NCBI GenBank assembly: GCA_034399495.1
Contig: DASCSU010000001.1
Location: forward strand, 1-39,137
Direction: 5' to 3'
Origin: Candidatus Thalassarchaeaceae archaeon
GTDB lineage: Archaea > Thermoplasmatota > Poseidoniia > Poseidoniales > Thalassarchaeaceae
DNA: 39,137 nucleotides
Position numbers and translations under genes: made by a program. Within the stretch, counting starts at the first letter, position 1. Every line of letters starts with the position of its first letter. Positions 8,592 to 17,327 of the stretch are shown here, one piece after another. The notes under the pieces were generated by a model, which ran no database searches, had not been told where the DNA came from, and was given only the letters and a program-made list of their open reading frames with translations.

Positions 8592-8738
8592 ATGGCAAGG
8601 TTCCCAGAGGCTGAGAAGCGTCTACTAGAGGTTCGCGTGTGCATGAAGTGCAACGCTCGCAACGGGCTCAAAGCTGCTAAGTGCCGCAAGTGTGGCTACA
8701 AGGGTCTAAGACTCAAGAACAAAGAACGCAGAATCTGA
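8592..8738 (+). CDS. rpl40e: 50S ribosomal protein L40e
   Basis: '[47 protein letters not shown]' is the L40e zinc-ribbon sequence. The ATG at 8592 is preferred over the ORF-track start at 8544. Confidence 0.9.
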   Translation: MARFPEAEKRLLEVRVCMKCNARNGLKAAKCRKCGYKGLRLKNKERRI

Positions 8739-8753
8739 ATCTGTCTTTGGTTT

Positions 8754-9032
8754 TCAAGACCACTCGGTCTCATCGTCCTTCTTGGATTTCTTCCACTCTT
8801 TGTAGTGGGTTCTGCAAATTTTGACTCTCCTTGGTCCTTCAGGAATACTGTCCCAGACATCGATAGCGTTGTCATAAGCAATGGAGCGGCCACCAAGGGC
8901 AGTATCAGCGAATTCCTTACACTTGGGAACTTGACACGGAACTTCTGGATCAATTGCTGCTTTAGAGCGTGAACTCTTAGGTTTGTTCCCCTTTGGTTTG
9001 GGTTTTCTTCGCTTACCTGGTCTGCCTGACAT
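8754..9032 (-). CDS. Small highly basic protein with a putative CxxxxC...CxxH zinc knuckle
   Basis: 92 aa. The Lys/Arg/Pro-rich N-terminus (MSGRPGKRRKPKPKGNKPKSSRSK) is followed by 'CQVPKC...ICRTHYKEWKK'. I recognise no family. Confidence 0.5.
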   Translation of the reverse strand: MSGRPGKRRKPKPKGNKPKSSRSKAAIDPEVPCQVPKCKEFADTALGGRSIAYDNAIDVWDSIPEGPRRVKICRTHYKEWKKSKKDDETEWS

Positions 9033-9069
9033 ATTTTTCCCTCCTAGTGCTCTGCTTTGATTCTAACGC

Positions 9070-10380
9070 TCATACTTTGTAGACAGTTGCCTCACGGTCA
9101 GGCCCTACACCTACCGAGGTTATCGAGATTCCAAGCCATGCCTCAATTTTTTCAACATATTCCCGTGCCCCATCTGGAAGCGCCGAGTATCCTAACCCCT
9201 CACCATTCGCTTTGCGCGCTAATTCCAACCACTCACTGGTTTCCATGTGAGGGAATCCTGCCACTTTTTCTGTGACACAGGTGACTCGTGCTTGGTCTTC
9301 AGCACAAGCAGGCATTTCACTGAGGTGCTGACCATCTAAATCGTAACCAACCACTACTTCTAACTCATCAAGACCTCCAAGAACATCGAGTTTTGTTAGA
9401 GTCAGTTGAGTAAATCCGTTGAGACGGTGTGCGTGCCTTAGGACAACTAGGTCTAGCCAGCCACATCTACGAGGTCTTCCAGTGGTAGTTCCAAATTCAT
9501 GACCCATTTTGCCCATATATGCTCCGACATCATCAAACAATTCACTGGGGAATGGTCCGTGCCCCACACGCGTGGTGTAAGCCTTGACAACTCCAAAGAC
9601 CTCACCCAAGTGGCCTGGGTGAATACCCGCTCCATGGGTGGCGTTAGCCCTGCTTGTAACTGATGATGTGACGAAGGGGTAGGTTCCATGGTCAATGTCT
9701 AAGAGACATCCCTGTGCTCCTTCAAGGAGTACATTTTGCCCCTGCCTTAGTGCCAAATCAAGCATCAATCCTGTTGGTTTGATGGATGAGCCATAACGTT
9801 CTGAAACCCAGTCGAGAGATGCTTTGAGATCAGCACTTGAGATTTCTCCCTCTACTCCATGAGCTGCTAGTTGGGAAGTCATACGTGCAGCGTGCTCTTC
9901 GAGCCATTCAGAATCAGCGCGCCGATGTTTCAAATCACAGAATCTAACCCCTACCCGTTCAATCTTATCTCGATAGGTAGGTCCGATGCCCCGTCCGGTG
10001 GTTCCAATTTTCTTATCAGCGCTATCGTAAAGACGATGGAAGGGTAGGTTGACATGCGCTCTTTCTGAAATCCATAGCCTCTCTCCTTCAGGTGATTCAC
10101 CAGACGATTCTTTCCATCGATTGAGTTCATCTTCCAAGACCCATGGATCTACTACCATGCCAGCACCAAGTACTAGTTGACAATCAGGATTGGTTAATCC
10201 AGAGGGCAATTGGTGGAGTTTCAATACCTGGTCTCCTAGGACAATTGTGTGGCCAGCATTATTGCCACCTTGGAAGCGCGCAACCCATTCGGCATCTTGT
10301 GCCAATTGGTCGACCAATTTTCCTTTTCCTTCGTCCCCCCATTGGGCACCTAAGACCACTTGCGCAGGCATGTTGAACAC
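9070..10380 (-). CDS. purA: Adenylosuccinate synthase
   Basis: 436 aa. Has 'GAQWGDEGKGKLVD' and 'GGNNAGHT', the PurA GTP-binding signatures, plus the 'GTTGRGIGP' motif. Confidence 0.95.
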   Translation of the reverse strand: MFNMPAQVVLGAQWGDEGKGKLVDQLAQDAEWVARFQGGNNAGHTIVLGDQVLKLHQLPSGLTNPDCQLVLGAGMVVDPWVLEDELNRWKESSGESPEGERLWISERAHVNLPFHRLYDSADKKIGTTGRGIGPTYRDKIERVGVRFCDLKHRRADSEWLEEHAARMTSQLAAHGVEGEISSADLKASLDWVSERYGSSIKPTGLMLDLALRQGQNVLLEGAQGCLLDIDHGTYPFVTSSVTSRANATHGAGIHPGHLGEVFGVVKAYTTRVGHGPFPSELFDDVGAYMGKMGHEFGTTTGRPRRCGWLDLVVLRHAHRLNGFTQLTLTKLDVLGGLDELEVVVGYDLDGQHLSEMPACAEDQARVTCVTEKVAGFPHMETSEWLELARKANGEGLGYSALPDGAREYVEKIEAWLGISITSVGVGPDREATVYKV

Positions 10381-10446
10381 AGTCGTACCGCGACCATCAA
10401 ATGAACTTCACTATTGACTCACTAGCAGTTTAGGGTCGGCCTCACT

Positions 10447-10484
10447 ACACACCCCCCCCACCGTAGGTGGAGGGGGGGGTGTGT
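10447..10484. repeat. GC-rich hairpin with C8/G8 arms (13 contiguous bp, 1 mismatch, then 2 bp)
   Basis: ACACACCCCCCCC(A)CC-GTAGGT-GG(A)GGGGGGGGTGTGT, read directly. It lies in the 350-nt divergent intergenic region between purA (-) and tfb (+). Confidence 0.8.
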
Positions 10485-10681
10485 GCTACTACCAATTAAT
10501 CAGACTAGAAAAGGAGCTTCAAAAGAAGTTATTTTTGAATCTCGCAGATGCAATAAGTGTATTTCCAAGATGGTTAATTGTTCAAATAGTGTCACTTGCC
10601 TAAATGTAACGTTGGGACCCAATATATCTGCCTATTTGGCGTTTATTCCGGGAATATGGGGTAAACAGCAAGAACCACAGG

Positions 10682-10690
10682 TTTATATAA
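10682..10690 (+). promoter_or_regulatory. Candidate archaeal TATA box for tfb
   Basis: TTTATATAA lies 41-49 nt upstream of the ATG at 10731. This fits a TATA element about 25 nt upstream of a short-leader transcript. No experimental support. Confidence 0.4.
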
Positions 10691-10730
10691 TAGGGGCACC
10701 AACTAACTATGTAACTCGGGGTTGTAAAGT

Positions 10731-11774
10731 ATGAAAGAAGAAGAGAAGAGCAGCGAAATGAAGAAAGACAAGAATGAAATCAAGAAGAGAGCCCACGCAA
10801 GCCGAAATGCAATCGGCCCTGCAAGGCGACCTTCTCAGGTTAGAAAGATGGTTGGCCATGAAGGTCCTTGTGAAGAGTGTGGCGCCATTGAGTGGGATCA
10901 AGACGATGTTAGAGGCGAAGTAGTTTGTCAAGCATGTGGATTGGTTGTAGAAACAGATGTTATTGACAAAGGTGCAGAGTGGGTGAACCATGGTGATGGA
11001 CCCGACAGGTCAAGAGTGGGTGCTCCATCCACATTGACTCTTTCTGATAAGGGTTTGAACACCACTATTAGCAAGGGTGATTTGATGGGTTCAAAAGCTA
11101 AGATGCACGGTATATCTGGTAAGGCTCTAAGAGATTGGAGACGAAGAGCTGTCATTGATGACAGGTCAAAGACTAGAAGCAGCCGCGCAAGAAACCTTGT
11201 CAAGGCAATGCAGTTCATTAGAGACAAGAGTGGCTTACCAAAGACAATTCAGGAGCAAGCCGCAGGTTTCTACAGAAAGGCTGCTGAAATGGGACTTGTT
11301 ACAGGTAGAAGCATTCAGGGCGTCGCAGCCGCATGTACCTATGTTGCAGCAAGAGAAGCAGGAATTCCAAGAAGAATTGAAGATATCGCAGAATCTTTTG
11401 ACATGGAAGATGAAATGAAGATGAAAGAGTTGAAGAGAACCATTAGGCTTGTTTCAAGACAACTCGGTGCCCACAGAATCACAGGTCCTGCTGAATATCT
11501 TGACAAGTTCACAAGTGACCTCGGTCTGCCCGCACCAGTTCTAGGTGAGGCCAACAGACTTTGGGATGTTGTTGGTGGCTCTCTAGAATGGCAAGGTAAG
11601 AAGCCAAGCGGTGTAGCGGGTGTTTTGATTTACAGAGCAGCTCAAAATAGGGGTGCTGCTAGAACACAAGCAGATGTTTGCAAAGTTGCAGGTGTTAGTG
11701 AAGTTACACTAAGGGGCTTGCTAAGATTGCTTGAGGCACTGCTTGAAAAAATGGGTGAAGCACCTTTCAACTGA
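10731..11774 (+). CDS. tfb: Transcription initiation factor IIB (TFB)
   Basis: 347 aa. Has the Zn-ribbon 'CEECGAIEWDQDDVRGEVVCQACGLVVE' and two cyclin-fold repeats ('RSIQGVAAACTYVAAREAGIPR', 'KKPSGVAGVLIYRAA'). An alternative start (ATG 10848) would remove a 39-aa Lys/Glu-rich extension. Confidence 0.93.
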   Translation: MKEEEKSSEMKKDKNEIKKRAHASRNAIGPARRPSQVRKMVGHEGPCEECGAIEWDQDDVRGEVVCQACGLVVETDVIDKGAEWVNHGDGPDRSRVGAPSTLTLSDKGLNTTISKGDLMGSKAKMHGISGKALRDWRRRAVIDDRSKTRSSRARNLVKAMQFIRDKSGLPKTIQEQAAGFYRKAAEMGLVTGRSIQGVAAACTYVAAREAGIPRRIEDIAESFDMEDEMKMKELKRTIRLVSRQLGAHRITGPAEYLDKFTSDLGLPAPVLGEANRLWDVVGGSLEWQGKKPSGVAGVLIYRAAQNRGAARTQADVCKVAGVSEVTLRGLLRLLEALLEKMGEAPFN

Positions 11775-11845
11775 ATTAGTTGATTGTGGTTCAGTTCCAC
11801 TCGTTCTCATCTGAAATCTTGTGAGGCTTGACCCTACGAGGGGAG

Positions 11846-11919
11846 TGGACGTTGGGGGATTTGAACCCCCGGCTTCTTGGTTGCAAACCAAGCGTTCTTC
11901 CAAGCTGAGCTAAACGCCC
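11846..11919 (-). tRNA. tRNA-Ala (anticodon UGC)
   Basis: The reverse complement folds by hand into a 74-nt cloverleaf: GGGCGTT acceptor with the G3:U70 alanine identity pair, anticodon arm CTTGG-TTTGCAA-CCAAG, T-arm GGGGG-TTCAAAT-CCCCC, discriminator A. There is one C11:A24 mismatch in the D-stem. CCA is not encoded. Confidence 0.85.
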
Positions 11920-11991
11920 TTGTAGACCGCCGACTAACGGTTCCGATTTGAGGCTTTGGACAATAATTGGATATGACTCAGAAGAAATACA

Positions 11992-12819
11992 TCACTCTTC
12001 TTCGGCAATATCATCAATATCAGAATCTGTTTTTTGTTCTTCTTTTTCTTCATTTTCAGTGCCAAGTGCACTTTCTTTGCCACCTAACAAAAGAACACCA
12101 ACTAAGAACAGAGCAATCACTCCCGAACCCGCTGCAACCCAAAGTAACCATCCGCGAGGTGGTTCATCTTCATTTTCGGCATCCAGCTCTTGTTCATCTT
12201 CATCAATTCCGTACTCGTAACCACCTATGGGGGGTGAATCACCATCACTTGGATGCTCATCAGGCTGGACAATGATGGTGCCATTGTTAACTACCCCATT
12301 GGATAAAATGTCCTGATAATTGTAGGTCCCTGGCCCCCAAGTTCCATTGAATGGAATTTCATATGTCACTCTGCAATCTGGATCGGTTTGATTCCCGAAT
12401 TCATCTTTTTCACATTCATAAGATAGGTTGCCTGAATCCCAATCTAGAGTTCCATTGTAGAGTCCATCTCCGTCTTCATCGTAGACAATTCGATGGGTAA
12501 TATTCTCTGTGGAATCTACATTGTACCACCAAACTGAATCGTTGAAAACGAGTTGTGGTGTGTTAGGAGTTAGTTGGTTAGCCTTGGCTAGTATTGTGAA
12601 GGTTCCAGCATCATGGGCAACTGCTGAAGCAGGAAGAAACGCTGTGAAAGCAAGGAGTATTGCGGCAAACCACGCGACCACACCGACTTTCGCCACGAAT
12701 TGTTTGGCGTTGCCCACCCATAAATAAAAGGTGACAGCACAGGTCGAGCGTTCTATGGATAACAAGGTGGTTGCAGCCGCCGCTTTATTGGACAAGAAGG
12801 TGGTTGCTGCAGCAGCCAT
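11992..12819 (-). CDS. Exported, C-terminally membrane-anchored acidic protein, possibly cupredoxin-like with degenerate copper ligands
   Basis: Has a signal-like segment 'VVAWFAAILLAFTAFLPASAVA' and a C-terminal TM 'WLLWVAAGSGVIALFLVGVLLL' with an acidic tail. 'QLVFNDSVWWYNVDSTENITHRIV' and 'GTYNYQDILSNGVVNNGTIIV' resemble cupredoxin strands, but the Cys/His/Met ligand positions are not conserved. The true start is probably the GTG near 12717, and the ORF-track N-terminus is likely an artefact. Confidence 0.55.
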   Translation of the reverse strand: MAAAATTFLSNKAAAATTLLSIERSTCAVTFYLWVGNAKQFVAKVGVVAWFAAILLAFTAFLPASAVAHDAGTFTILAKANQLTPNTPQLVFNDSVWWYNVDSTENITHRIVYDEDGDGLYNGTLDWDSGNLSYECEKDEFGNQTDPDCRVTYEIPFNGTWGPGTYNYQDILSNGVVNNGTIIVQPDEHPSDGDSPPIGGYEYGIDEDEQELDAENEDEPPRGWLLWVAAGSGVIALFLVGVLLLGGKESALGTENEEKEEQKTDSDIDDIAEEE

Positions 12820-14542
12820 CCTAGCCTTGGGGATATTTTCTGCAAGTCTCTATGCTCTGACAACTTCTCTAATTGACAACAACGGGGGTGAAGATGCATG
12901 GGTGATGATAGACCCTCTAATCCAAGATGAGGAACATGATCATCGCAATTCAACTCAGCATGATTTCGGCACTCCGAACATCGATTTTGTAAATTATAAT
13001 CCATTAACAATGCCTGGTAATGCAGAGGTCCAGGTGGCAGATTCACCTGATGGTCATACGTATGCATATCAAGCAGGTTGGAAAGAAATGCACATCACAG
13101 ATGTTACTGACCCCTACAATACTTCAGTTGCGGGTGTTTACAATGACCCGTACACTCAGGTATTAGATGTCAAGTACCTTGAATACAATGGGCGAGAGTA
13201 TGTCATTCTTCAGAACCAATTGGTTGACCCGGGAAACTCTGACCCCAATGTCGGAGAGTGGGAAGATCCTGCTCAGGTGAGTGTTACTTTAGTTGATGTA
13301 ACTAACAAGGCAGACCCTGAATACATTGATTCTTGGTATGATGTTGACCATCCTTCTGGGCCGCACAATCTCTACACACACATGATTGATGGAGAATGGT
13401 ACATCTTTGTAGCCAATCCCGACTACGATCAATGTGATGTAGGAACCGGTGATGCTTGCGGAGGCGTAACCATTGCTCACCTCAATTTCGCCGCCTATGG
13501 TGACTTACCGCGCATTGTCAAGGTGGGCGAAGCAGAAGTCAGTTGGGAGACTACTAACGGTGGTTGGATTTACATTCATGACATGACTGTTCAAACTTGG
13601 CCAGGAGAAGATACAAACGACCCAAGGTTTGGTCATACCTACGTTTATGGAGCATATTGGGAAGCGGGTTTGAGAATTTTTGATGTTACTGACGTACCTC
13701 ATCCACAGCATAATCTCGCTGAATATCTCTGGCATGGTTCTCTATGCCGCGCTTCGGGGGGCAGTCAAGCAGGATGTCTATGGCGAGCACCTGAAGTTGG
13801 ACTTTGGATGAATTTCTCTGATTTGAATGATGATGGAGAACCAGATGCAGGGTGGTCAAGCAATGAAAATGGTGGCAGAGCTTCTTACATTCACTATGCT
13901 GAACCATTTGACAAAATGGTTGATGCAAGCCACCTTGGCTATCCTTCAGGAAAGATGCATCTCACATTCCTTGCTACTGAAGTTCTTGAGACTACGGTTG
14001 GAGTTGGTTTGGGCTATCTCATAGATACAACACCTTACGAGATGATTAATGGGAAATTAACTTTCAAACCGAAGGTGATTCATGACTGGGAAATTCCCTT
14101 TGCAGAGGAGCATTTCATCCCAGGTGGGGAAGAATGGTTGCTATTCAGCCCACACAACGCGGATTTAGAAATATTTCAGACCGGGATTCAAGGAAAGCCT
14201 GACACTAGTCTTGGAGGTGCTTGGGACGGTAGAATATACCTATCTCATTATCACAGCGGCGTTTGGGTAATTGATGTAGAGACGCTGATGCAGGCGGGAT
14301 TGGCAGATCACAACAAGACAGATGTTTACTTCGATTCAACGGTAGCATACTATCTACCGCATGGGGCAGATGGAACTCCTCTAGAATCACAGTATTACGA
14401 CTTCGGTTGGGTGCCATTCCTATGGGCCGCTGAATATCATAAGGGCTACATTTACACCTCTTGCATAACTTCTGGCCTCTACATTATGCAGTTAGATATT
14501 GACAAACCATACGAAGGACAAATTAGTACTCAAAATACTTGA
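12731..14542 (+). CDS. LVIVD-repeat beta-propeller protein, N-terminal signal anchor
   Basis: 603 aa. Contains repeated LVIVD-type motifs ('MHITDVTDPYN', 'AGLRIFDVTDVPHP', 'SGVWVIDVETL', 'SGLYIMQLD') and the N-terminal TM 'VVAAAAILALGIFSASLYAL'. ATG 12755 is a likely alternative start. Confidence 0.7.
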   Translation: MTAQVERSMDNKVVAAAALLDKKVVAAAAILALGIFSASLYALTTSLIDNNGGEDAWVMIDPLIQDEEHDHRNSTQHDFGTPNIDFVNYNPLTMPGNAEVQVADSPDGHTYAYQAGWKEMHITDVTDPYNTSVAGVYNDPYTQVLDVKYLEYNGREYVILQNQLVDPGNSDPNVGEWEDPAQVSVTLVDVTNKADPEYIDSWYDVDHPSGPHNLYTHMIDGEWYIFVANPDYDQCDVGTGDACGGVTIAHLNFAAYGDLPRIVKVGEAEVSWETTNGGWIYIHDMTVQTWPGEDTNDPRFGHTYVYGAYWEAGLRIFDVTDVPHPQHNLAEYLWHGSLCRASGGSQAGCLWRAPEVGLWMNFSDLNDDGEPDAGWSSNENGGRASYIHYAEPFDKMVDASHLGYPSGKMHLTFLATEVLETTVGVGLGYLIDTTPYEMINGKLTFKPKVIHDWEIPFAEEHFIPGGEEWLLFSPHNADLEIFQTGIQGKPDTSLGGAWDGRIYLSHYHSGVWVIDVETLMQAGLADHNKTDVYFDSTVAYYLPHGADGTPLESQYYDFGWVPFLWAAEYHKGYIYTSCITSGLYIMQLDIDKPYEGQISTQNT

Positions 14543-14550
14543 GCAACTCA

Positions 14551-14562
14551 TTTTTTGTTTGT
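14551..14562 (+). terminator. Oligo-T tract (TTTTTTGTTTGT), candidate archaeal terminator
   Basis: The T6-containing tract lies 9 nt after the stop of the first LVIVD gene. Archaeal intrinsic termination commonly uses oligo-T. Confidence 0.35.
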
Positions 14563-14643
14563 GAATTGAGATTTCGTTTGTGCGTAAGCGTCATCAATGG
14601 ATTGAGTGAGCGGTTGATGCGCCCGTAGGGCGAGTGGGGTTAT

Positions 14644-16641
14644 TTGATGCGGAGAATGATGTTTGATGATGAATCTGCAGCCACTCAAGAGCAGATGATT
14701 GTTTACGCTCTTGTTGGCTTAGTTTCATTGAGCCTTCTTTCATCTGCTGCTTGGTTTGCTTTTAGCTTTGGAAATGATGATACATCTGAAGATCCGATGG
14801 AAAATTGGGTTGATCCGGTTACAGAAATTGAGGATGATAATCACAGTCATACTGACTTAATGGCACACAGATTGAAGACTGACAATATGCAACTGATTGA
14901 TTATCATAATCTCAATTGTGACGGTAATGAAAAGCCTCCAACTGAATTAGACAATATTGCTGGACGTCCTTGTTTTCCCGAATATAAGAACACAGGGCCA
15001 ACACCAGGTGATAATTCAGAAATTGCCATTCAAGGAAATTTCTTGGATGATTGTGTAATCTATGGTGATGGCACTGGTGGATGTTATGCTTATGTTTCAT
15101 CATACAATCAGTTTGAGATTCTTGATATCTCAAGACCCAACAACATCACATTATTGTCGACTTACTACGCTGAAGTAGCCCGAATAATTGACATCAAGGT
15201 GACACCAGACAATAACTGGGTACTAATCAATCACGAATTGACCAATAGTGAATTAGATCCTATTCCAAATGACGATGATGCTAACAGTGGTACTAATCGA
15301 CTAGACGTTGTCTATGTGGGAAATAAATTGGAGCCTGTAAAAGTTGCAGAATGGAATAATCCTCCCGCAGGATTCCATAACCAAGATGTCCATGTATACT
15401 GTGATTGGGAGCCTGCAAACCCTATGTGGTCAGATGAGGAGTGTCATCTCTTCTTGTTCGGTGCTGACCCTTATCCCGAAATGATGGAAGGTAGTTCAGG
15501 GACTTACTACAAAGGGACTCAAATTTTCTATGTACCACTTGGCTTAGAGTCGTGGCTTCCAACTCAGAGTGATGAGCAGCAAAATCAAAGTCGTGAGATT
15601 GTTAGATGGGGTGGCTATTCTCCAGAAATTGATACCACCTGTGGTGGAGCAATTTTCAATCACGACAATGTATACGCAGTACATCCAATTACTGGCCAAA
15701 AACTTCTCTATATTTCTTATTGGGGAGCTGGCTTGAGAATCGTTGATGTCACTAATCCACCTGATGTCCCTGATCCAGAAGGTGTATCATGGCCACAGAA
15801 CAATGAGGTTGGCCGCTGGCTAGGTTGTCCAACAGCCGATGACGGCTGGTATGGTCCTGATGGTGGCGGCCACGCCGACATGTCGGCAGAAGAGTGGCTT
15901 GATGCCAATCAAGGAAATGACAACATTCACTACGCTGTGCCATACGACCACCTCATTTGCAATGGAATAAGCGAATATGTCCCAGAGGCAACTTGGCCAG
16001 CATCTTGTGGTACTGGGCCAGATGATGAAACACATGGTGTCAATTGGAGACATTATACTCTTATCGCACCCGAATATGGTTCTAACTCTAATCATACTGG
16101 ATATGTATGGACAATTGATACAACAGACCCGGCCAAACCTTTCCTTGTAAGTAAGTGGAAATTACCCGGTGAAGGAACTTTAGCAAATGGCTCAAAACAT
16201 CCACAGCACTACATACCTGGGGGGTATATCTTCAGCCCACATAATGGTGATACGGGGCTAAATGGTATGGTTTACTGGGCACATTATCATGCTGGAACTT
16301 GGGTTACTGACCATGGTCATATCTGGGAAGATCTTGTTTGGGAAGATGGAGTACCTGCTCCAGAATTTGGATTCAAGGCTATCAAGGAGTTAGCAGAGAC
16401 TCGCACAATGGGGTATTACATTCCCGCGGGTCCAACTTGGATTGATGATCCTACAAACACGCTTGAGTATGACATGGCAGATTGTTGGGCATCCTGTGTG
16501 ATTCCATTTGATTGGGGCCTACAATATGACCCTCGAGGATACATATTAATTTCTGAGATGGTTAGTGGAATCTATGTTGTGCAAATGGAATCTGATAAAG
16601 ATGCAAGATATCCATACCCCCCGCTTTATCCCTCTGAGTGA
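14644..16641 (+). CDS. LVIVD-repeat beta-propeller protein, paralog of 12731-14542
   Basis: 665 aa. Has the N-terminal TM 'IVYALVGLVSLSLLSSAAWFAF' and LVIVD-type motifs ('FEILDISRPNN', 'AGLRIVDVTNPPDVPDP', 'SGIYVVQME'). It shares a 'FSPHN...H(Y)H(S/A)G(V/T)WV' block with the upstream paralog. Confidence 0.7.
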   Translation: MMRRMMFDDESAATQEQMIVYALVGLVSLSLLSSAAWFAFSFGNDDTSEDPMENWVDPVTEIEDDNHSHTDLMAHRLKTDNMQLIDYHNLNCDGNEKPPTELDNIAGRPCFPEYKNTGPTPGDNSEIAIQGNFLDDCVIYGDGTGGCYAYVSSYNQFEILDISRPNNITLLSTYYAEVARIIDIKVTPDNNWVLINHELTNSELDPIPNDDDANSGTNRLDVVYVGNKLEPVKVAEWNNPPAGFHNQDVHVYCDWEPANPMWSDEECHLFLFGADPYPEMMEGSSGTYYKGTQIFYVPLGLESWLPTQSDEQQNQSREIVRWGGYSPEIDTTCGGAIFNHDNVYAVHPITGQKLLYISYWGAGLRIVDVTNPPDVPDPEGVSWPQNNEVGRWLGCPTADDGWYGPDGGGHADMSAEEWLDANQGNDNIHYAVPYDHLICNGISEYVPEATWPASCGTGPDDETHGVNWRHYTLIAPEYGSNSNHTGYVWTIDTTDPAKPFLVSKWKLPGEGTLANGSKHPQHYIPGGYIFSPHNGDTGLNGMVYWAHYHAGTWVTDHGHIWEDLVWEDGVPAPEFGFKAIKELAETRTMGYYIPAGPTWIDDPTNTLEYDMADCWASCVIPFDWGLQYDPRGYILISEMVSGIYVVQMESDKDARYPYPPLYPSE

Positions 16642-17312
16642 ATGAAATGTCTCGCATTATAACGGCGCTGCTTCTTGCTAGTACTCTAATAATGGCTGGT
16701 TGTTTAGGGGGAGATACTCCAATTCCAGATGATTTCAATGGTGATGATATCTATCCATTTGTGGAAGTTAATTCATTTGAATTACTAAATCAAGATAATA
16801 TCACTATCAATAGTTCAGTTTACGAAGATAAAGTGTTGATTGTAATTTTCATGTTCACCCGTTGTCCTGATGTCTGCCCAATAGTTTCATCTAATGTCAA
16901 ATGGCTTTATTCACAACTAAGTGATGAAGAACAGGAACAAGTAGAAGTCATCTCGATTACTGTTGACCCATGGGAAGATGACTCCGAATTACTAACACTG
17001 TATCGCGAATACATGGCACTAGATTGGGATCATTTTACGGGTGAATTAGAACAATTAGAGCCTGTATGGGGCAACTTTGGAGTTGGCCTAAAAACAGTAT
17101 CTAGTGATGAATATGGGGCTAATTATAGCAATTCATCAGATAGTGAGAACACTAGTGGCCGCCATCACCCCGAACTTGATTATTTAGTGGACCATTCTAC
17201 TGGTACCATATTGGTTGACAAAGATGGATTTCAGAGAGTATGGTGGGGCGATACTGAATGGGTACCCGAACTTGCACTACAAGATGTAAAGAAATTAGTT
17301 GAAGATAGTTAA
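16638..17312 (+). CDS. SCO1/SenC family copper chaperone / thiol-disulfide oxidoreductase (lipoprotein-like signal)
   Basis: 224 aa. Has 'FMFTRCPDVCP' (the CxxxC copper-binding motif), a downstream 'VDHSTGTILVDKDG' His motif and the lipobox-like 'LIMAGC'. The GTG start overlaps the upstream stop (GTGA); ATG 16647 is an alternative. Confidence 0.85.
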   Translation: MNEMSRIITALLLASTLIMAGCLGGDTPIPDDFNGDDIYPFVEVNSFELLNQDNITINSSVYEDKVLIVIFMFTRCPDVCPIVSSNVKWLYSQLSDEEQEQVEVISITVDPWEDDSELLTLYREYMALDWDHFTGELEQLEPVWGNFGVGLKTVSSDEYGANYSNSSDSENTSGRHHPELDYLVDHSTGTILVDKDGFQRVWWGDTEWVPELALQDVKKLVEDS

Positions 17313-17327
17313 TTTAGCACTTGTATA

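Noticed and set aside
10483-10734. 83-aa plus-strand ORF in the purA-tfb spacer
   Set aside because: It uses a non-ATG start, has no recognisable motif, contains the putative tfb TATA box and runs into the tfb start. It is more plausibly non-coding promoter or leader sequence. The region is still flagged as unusually long.
11721-11903. 60-aa minus-strand ORF
   Set aside because: It is entirely explained by the tRNA-Ala gene and its flank, so it is not protein coding.
12718-12819. N-terminal 34 codons of the minus-strand ORF 11992-12819 (MAAAATTFLSNKAAAATTLLS...)
   Set aside because: This part is the antisense of the Ala-rich, stop-free duplicated start region of the LVIVD gene. The signal-peptide-like segment begins only after the in-frame GTG at 12717.
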